Shown here: positions 60,290 to 64,000 of the stretch, piece by piece
Layout of the letters: the number at the start of each line of letters is the position of its first letter
Position numbering within the stretch: position 1 is the stretch's first letter
Source of the DNA: Centroscyllium fabricii
Lineage: Eukaryota
Length of the DNA stretch: 64,000 nt
Assembly: GCA_051313645.2 (NCBI GenBank)
Contig: JBNRSN020000016.1
Coordinates: 64,790,001-64,854,000 of the forward strand
Direction of reading: 5' to 3'
Position numbers and translations under genes: made by a program
The notes under the pieces: generated by a model
Told to the model about the DNA's origin: nothing
Databases searched by the model: none
Seen by the model: only the letters and a program-made list of their open reading frames with translations

Positions 60290-60610
60290 CCAAGCCCTAG
60301 TTTGTGTTGGCTGGCCGTTCTCAGCTGAAGATACCTGTGGTTTCGGGCTATGGAGAGGGAAAATAAATGGCCAGGGTTCCTACTCCTGAACATGATCCAC
60401 AAAGGAATTGCACATGTGTGGTATTATGCTGAGGACTGGACAGGCTCATTTGTGAAATCCAACCTTCAATCTAGTACACAACGCCACCCTGCCCTCCCTC
60501 CCCATATGATGGAATAACCTACTGGCTCTCACTGTCCATCACATTTGGACAAGGTACCAGAGAGCTGTTGGTGCCCATTCAATCAAACTGCCTTCAGGAG
60601 AGGAAGAAAA
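60290..60610 (+). mobile_element. Ancient SINE-like repeat (same family as 26575)
   Basis: ggccagggttcctactcctga, tggacaaggtacc, ccttcaggagagga. Confidence 0.55.
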
Positions 60611-62059
60611 GAACATATTAATAAAATTAGTCCAAAGCTGCAGACATTTTCATGGTGCAACATTTGAAAATGTTGTGCTATTGATTGTGTTTGATTAAAA
60701 GAAAACAATGACTAAACTACAGAAAACTTAAAGAAACACCAATAACTAGAACAATGCCAAAAAAACAAAAGATGGTTTCTCCTAGGTTAAGACCGTGTTT
60801 ATTCAAAACATTTAAACAGCTATTACAGTATTTAATGTTTCCTTAACAGTTTATAAGACTTTTTTTGCCTGGATTACAAAAACGTTTTCAGTTCCACAAG
60901 ATCTTATTATAAACTTGTACATTAGTTAGGTTTCCATTTCTGAAGTTCCTACTTTTTAATGTAGTCTGCCAAGCATTGATTCTTACCCCTGAATGGATTT
61001 CATTATGTCATTAAAGCTGCTTCAATTGAATGCCATTTATCACTGTGCTGCACTGAATAGGATTTGTGGACCACCACCTTTTTAAATCTCTGCTTTTGGA
61101 ACAGCAATTTAAATACTTGGACTCTTATATACACACCAAAGGAATACAACAGCTTTCATTCATATATTTTTACAGGTTGAGTGCAGCACAAGTTGAGGTG
61201 ATTTTATTTTCCACATTATTCTTATTCATTTATTTGTATAGTGCTAAATGTACCAGATACATTTCAAAGATTTTTTGTAGGAGATGGCCAATACTACATT
61301 TCATGACAAAAATATTTTCCTTCATTGTCTTCAGTACAACTTGCCTTGATGTGACTATTATCCTGGAAACTTACACAAGTGGGGCATGCATTTAATGTTA
61401 CTGTGAACTTATAATTTATGTAATTTTAACTCATGCGGTGGTCATATTGCACATGGTTCAATCAGGACTGAAGTATATAAAATATTTTAATGTATATGTA
61501 TTTTAGCATGCAAAATTGTGCATAAAATGTAATAATGAAATCCTGTTCTGTTATTACTTAGTGTACTTTGTTTCTCCGTGCACATCATTGTACAGATCTG
61601 AGGCACTTTGGAGAACTGAAGATTGGGTTTATGAGGATCACTGATTCCCTTAGTTACCAGAATATGTTTCTTAAAGATGCTGCTATAGATTCTGGAGGAT
61701 CCATCTGTATTTTTGATTATCTGTTCAAGCCAAAGTAGCAATAAAGATTTATACTGCGTACAATATATGGCTATGAAAGTTTATTCAAACTTAAATGAAG
61801 GAGTTAGGTGTCCAGAGTGGTGCCAGACTGGAACAGATTTCCTCGCATTGCCATTTGAAATTGAATTATATTCTACTGATTTCTCCCTGTGCCCTCCCAG
61901 GCCACAAAACTCCCCTATTTTTCTCCCAATGCAAGTCTACAGCCCCATTCAGCTCAGAGTGGGTATCTTGCTCCAAAGGCAATGTTGTCCTTCACCTGTT
62001 TGGGAGCAGTAACTTGGGAGTTGAGGGGTTTCAACTTCAGTGCCTGGACAGTAATCAGG

Positions 62060-62305
62060 AGACAAAAGAAAAATACTGCAGATGCTGGAAATCTGAAATA
62101 AAAACAGACAATGCTGGAAATCCTCAGCCGGTCAGGCAGCATCTGTAGAGAGAGAACCAGAGTTAACATTTCAGGTCAGTGACCCTTCGTCAGAACTGGG
62201 AAAAGCTGGGTGCAACAGATTTTAAGCAAGTGTAGGGGCAGGGAAAGGGGGGAGGGGAGAAAAGAACAAAAGGGAAGGTCTGAGAGGATGGGAGGCAGGA
62301 GAGAT
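62060..62305 (-). mobile_element. Penelope-derived 3' repeat
   Basis: Same family as 28389, 35836 and 59382. Confidence 0.75.
62161..62197 (-). ncRNA. Minimal type I hammerhead ribozyme motif, best preserved in window
   Basis: Minus strand AGUU-CUGACGA-A-GGGUC-ACU-GACCU-GAAA-UG-U-U-AACU; stems I and II pair and the core is intact. Confidence 0.65.
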
Positions 62306-62659
62306 GGTGCAACGGGAGGCACAAAGCAACCCAATTTCCCCCCCCCCCCCCCTTATGTCCTGCTTTTTGATCTTGTAAGCATCTTGGGAATTACCAGCAA
62401 TGCCACTGAGTTTACAATCATTAAACACAAATCACATGTTGTTAATCATTACAATCAGCAATAACTTTCAGTGCAACACAGTCTATTTTTATTATGTACA
62501 TCACTTATTACACAGTTAATCTTCAATTACACACAATGTCCCCATTAAAACTACTGCCAGTTTTCTTAATATATACTTCAGTTATTGGTATCAGTACTGG
62601 CTGCCACCTCACATAGCCATAACCGATGAATAAAGGATCAAACTGGTAAGTGTTGATAA

Positions 62660-62795
62660 TGTTACCTTTAAGTTGTGTAAATTGGCTGCTACATTTCCTA
62701 CATTACAACAGTGACTACGCTTAAAGTATTTTGTTGGCTGTAAAGCACTTTGTGATGCCCTGAGGTTGTGGAAGGTGCTATATAAATGTAAAGCT
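62660..62795 (+). mobile_element. Deu-SINE/L2-type 3' tail
   Basis: aaattggctgctacatttcctacattacaacagtgactac...ttggctgtaaagcactt...gtgctatataaatg. Confidence 0.7.
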
Positions 62796-63039
62796 TTCTT
62801 TATATAATACAGAAAAGCATCTTCGCAACATTGAAAGATTTGGTTTGCTTGTTATTTTTGCTGTGTTTCATGTGTTCCCTTGTATACTGAAAGTGGTGGC
62901 TAACACTGAAGTATGGTTCCATGGGCAGTACCTCCACTTCCTCCAGTACCTAGGCCATGCGTTGATCCTTAATTTCTGAGCATACATGGTGAATGTTAGC
63001 AGGCTATTTGACTTGGAAGGGTGTCTGGAGAGAGAGGGG

Positions 63040-64000
63040 GAAATCACAGCTGTAAACCTGCCTTCAGATGTGTGCTATGTAGATGTCCGGATTGGGTCAC
63101 TGACAGTAGTGAGGGAATTAGAAGAATGGGGGAGTTTGCCTTTAAGATGGGGAGAGGTAGTACGTTGGAGGGGTTTAGATTGCGAGTCCCAGACAGTGGA
63201 GCTGAGATAGCTGAAGGCTTTGCCACTTTGTCAGAGGACTCCTAAAACTATCCTTGCAGAGTCCAGAGGTAACAAAAATTCTTAAGGATTTTGGCAGAGT
63301 TGGTAGTGTGCTGGAGGAAGAGGCAATGCTGCAGAGATGGAAGTAGTAGTCTTGGAGATGAGGTAAAGGCTTTGAAGTAGAGTTCTGTCAAAACAAGAAA
63401 CCCCAAGGTTACAAAACATCTGGTTAAGCCTGAGAGAGCAACCAAGAATGGGGATTGAAAGAGTAGGGAGTGAGGGGAGTTTTTCCACAGGATCCAAACA
63501 AAATCATTTTTGGTTCTATTGGGGAATTTCTAGTTCACCCACAAATCAATGAGAGACAGCCAATCTGACAAAATGGTTATCAGAATATAGATGAAAAGTG
63601 AACCTATGTCTACAGATGTAACTGAGGACCAAGTAAATGAGGGGCCCAAGTAACTGGGAGTGGGAAGAGAAGCCATTACTGGAGTTGTGTTAGCGGTATT
63701 GGGCCAGGTAGGAGTGGAACAGAATAGAAGGCAGAGGTGGATAGAGGAGGATGATATGCACTGTACTGAATGCCACAGAGCGAAGAGATTGCATCCTCTG
63801 GCCAGTTACAAAGGATAATGGCTGACTTTTACCAGGGTAAGTTGGCACACTGAGATTAAACCCAAATTGAATAGAGTTGTCGAGATGAGTATGGAGCGGA
63901 GGGTGATGGACCTTTAGAGAGGATGATACAGTAGCTGAGAAATCCTCTGGAGGAATGACTGGATTATCGTTAATGGAAAATTCTAACAGGACTGGACAGA
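63040..64000 (-). mobile_element. Old L2 fragment
   Basis: Minus strand aagactactacttccatctctgcagcattgcc resembles the L2 region at about 52270. Confidence 0.6.

Noticed and set aside
62803-62950. Possible minus-strand terminal exon (VLEEVEVLPMEPYF...)
   Set aside because: No polypyrimidine tract before the AG and no recognisable protein similarity.

Overview
Vertebrate (very likely shark/elasmobranch) genomic DNA. The + strand carries the 3' part of PHLPP2: 13 coding exons between 9858 and 46229 with GT-AG junctions. They join in one open frame of 3100 nt (about 1032 aa: LRR array, PP2C-like domain, Ser-rich tail, C-terminal PDZ ligand DTAL). The 5' exons lie upstream of the window. Introns and the downstream region are dense with transposable elements: CR1 and L2 LINE fragments, V-SINEs, Deu-domain SINEs, other tRNA-derived SINEs, Tigger/pogo-like and PIF/Harbinger-like MITEs, two solo LTRs, and a 5'-truncated Penelope-like element (RT + GIY-YIG). 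The most notable observations are: (1) at least seven Penelope-derived segments carrying minimal type I hammerhead ribozyme motifs, several truncated right at the ribozyme core; (2) a perfect 76-bp fold-back hairpin whose loop overlaps a hammerhead core, flanked by a 14-bp TSD; (3) a retroposed tRNA-Ser(AGA) with an apparent unprocessed 3' trailer and a 14-bp TSD, nested in a MITE; (4) MITEs carrying arrays of NRF1-like palindromes; (5) inverted CR1s flanking two phase-symmetric LRR exons, a possible stop-free circRNA. All family assignments come from reading the sequence and recalled consensus features, not from database searches. TE boundaries without a TIR or TSD are approximate.
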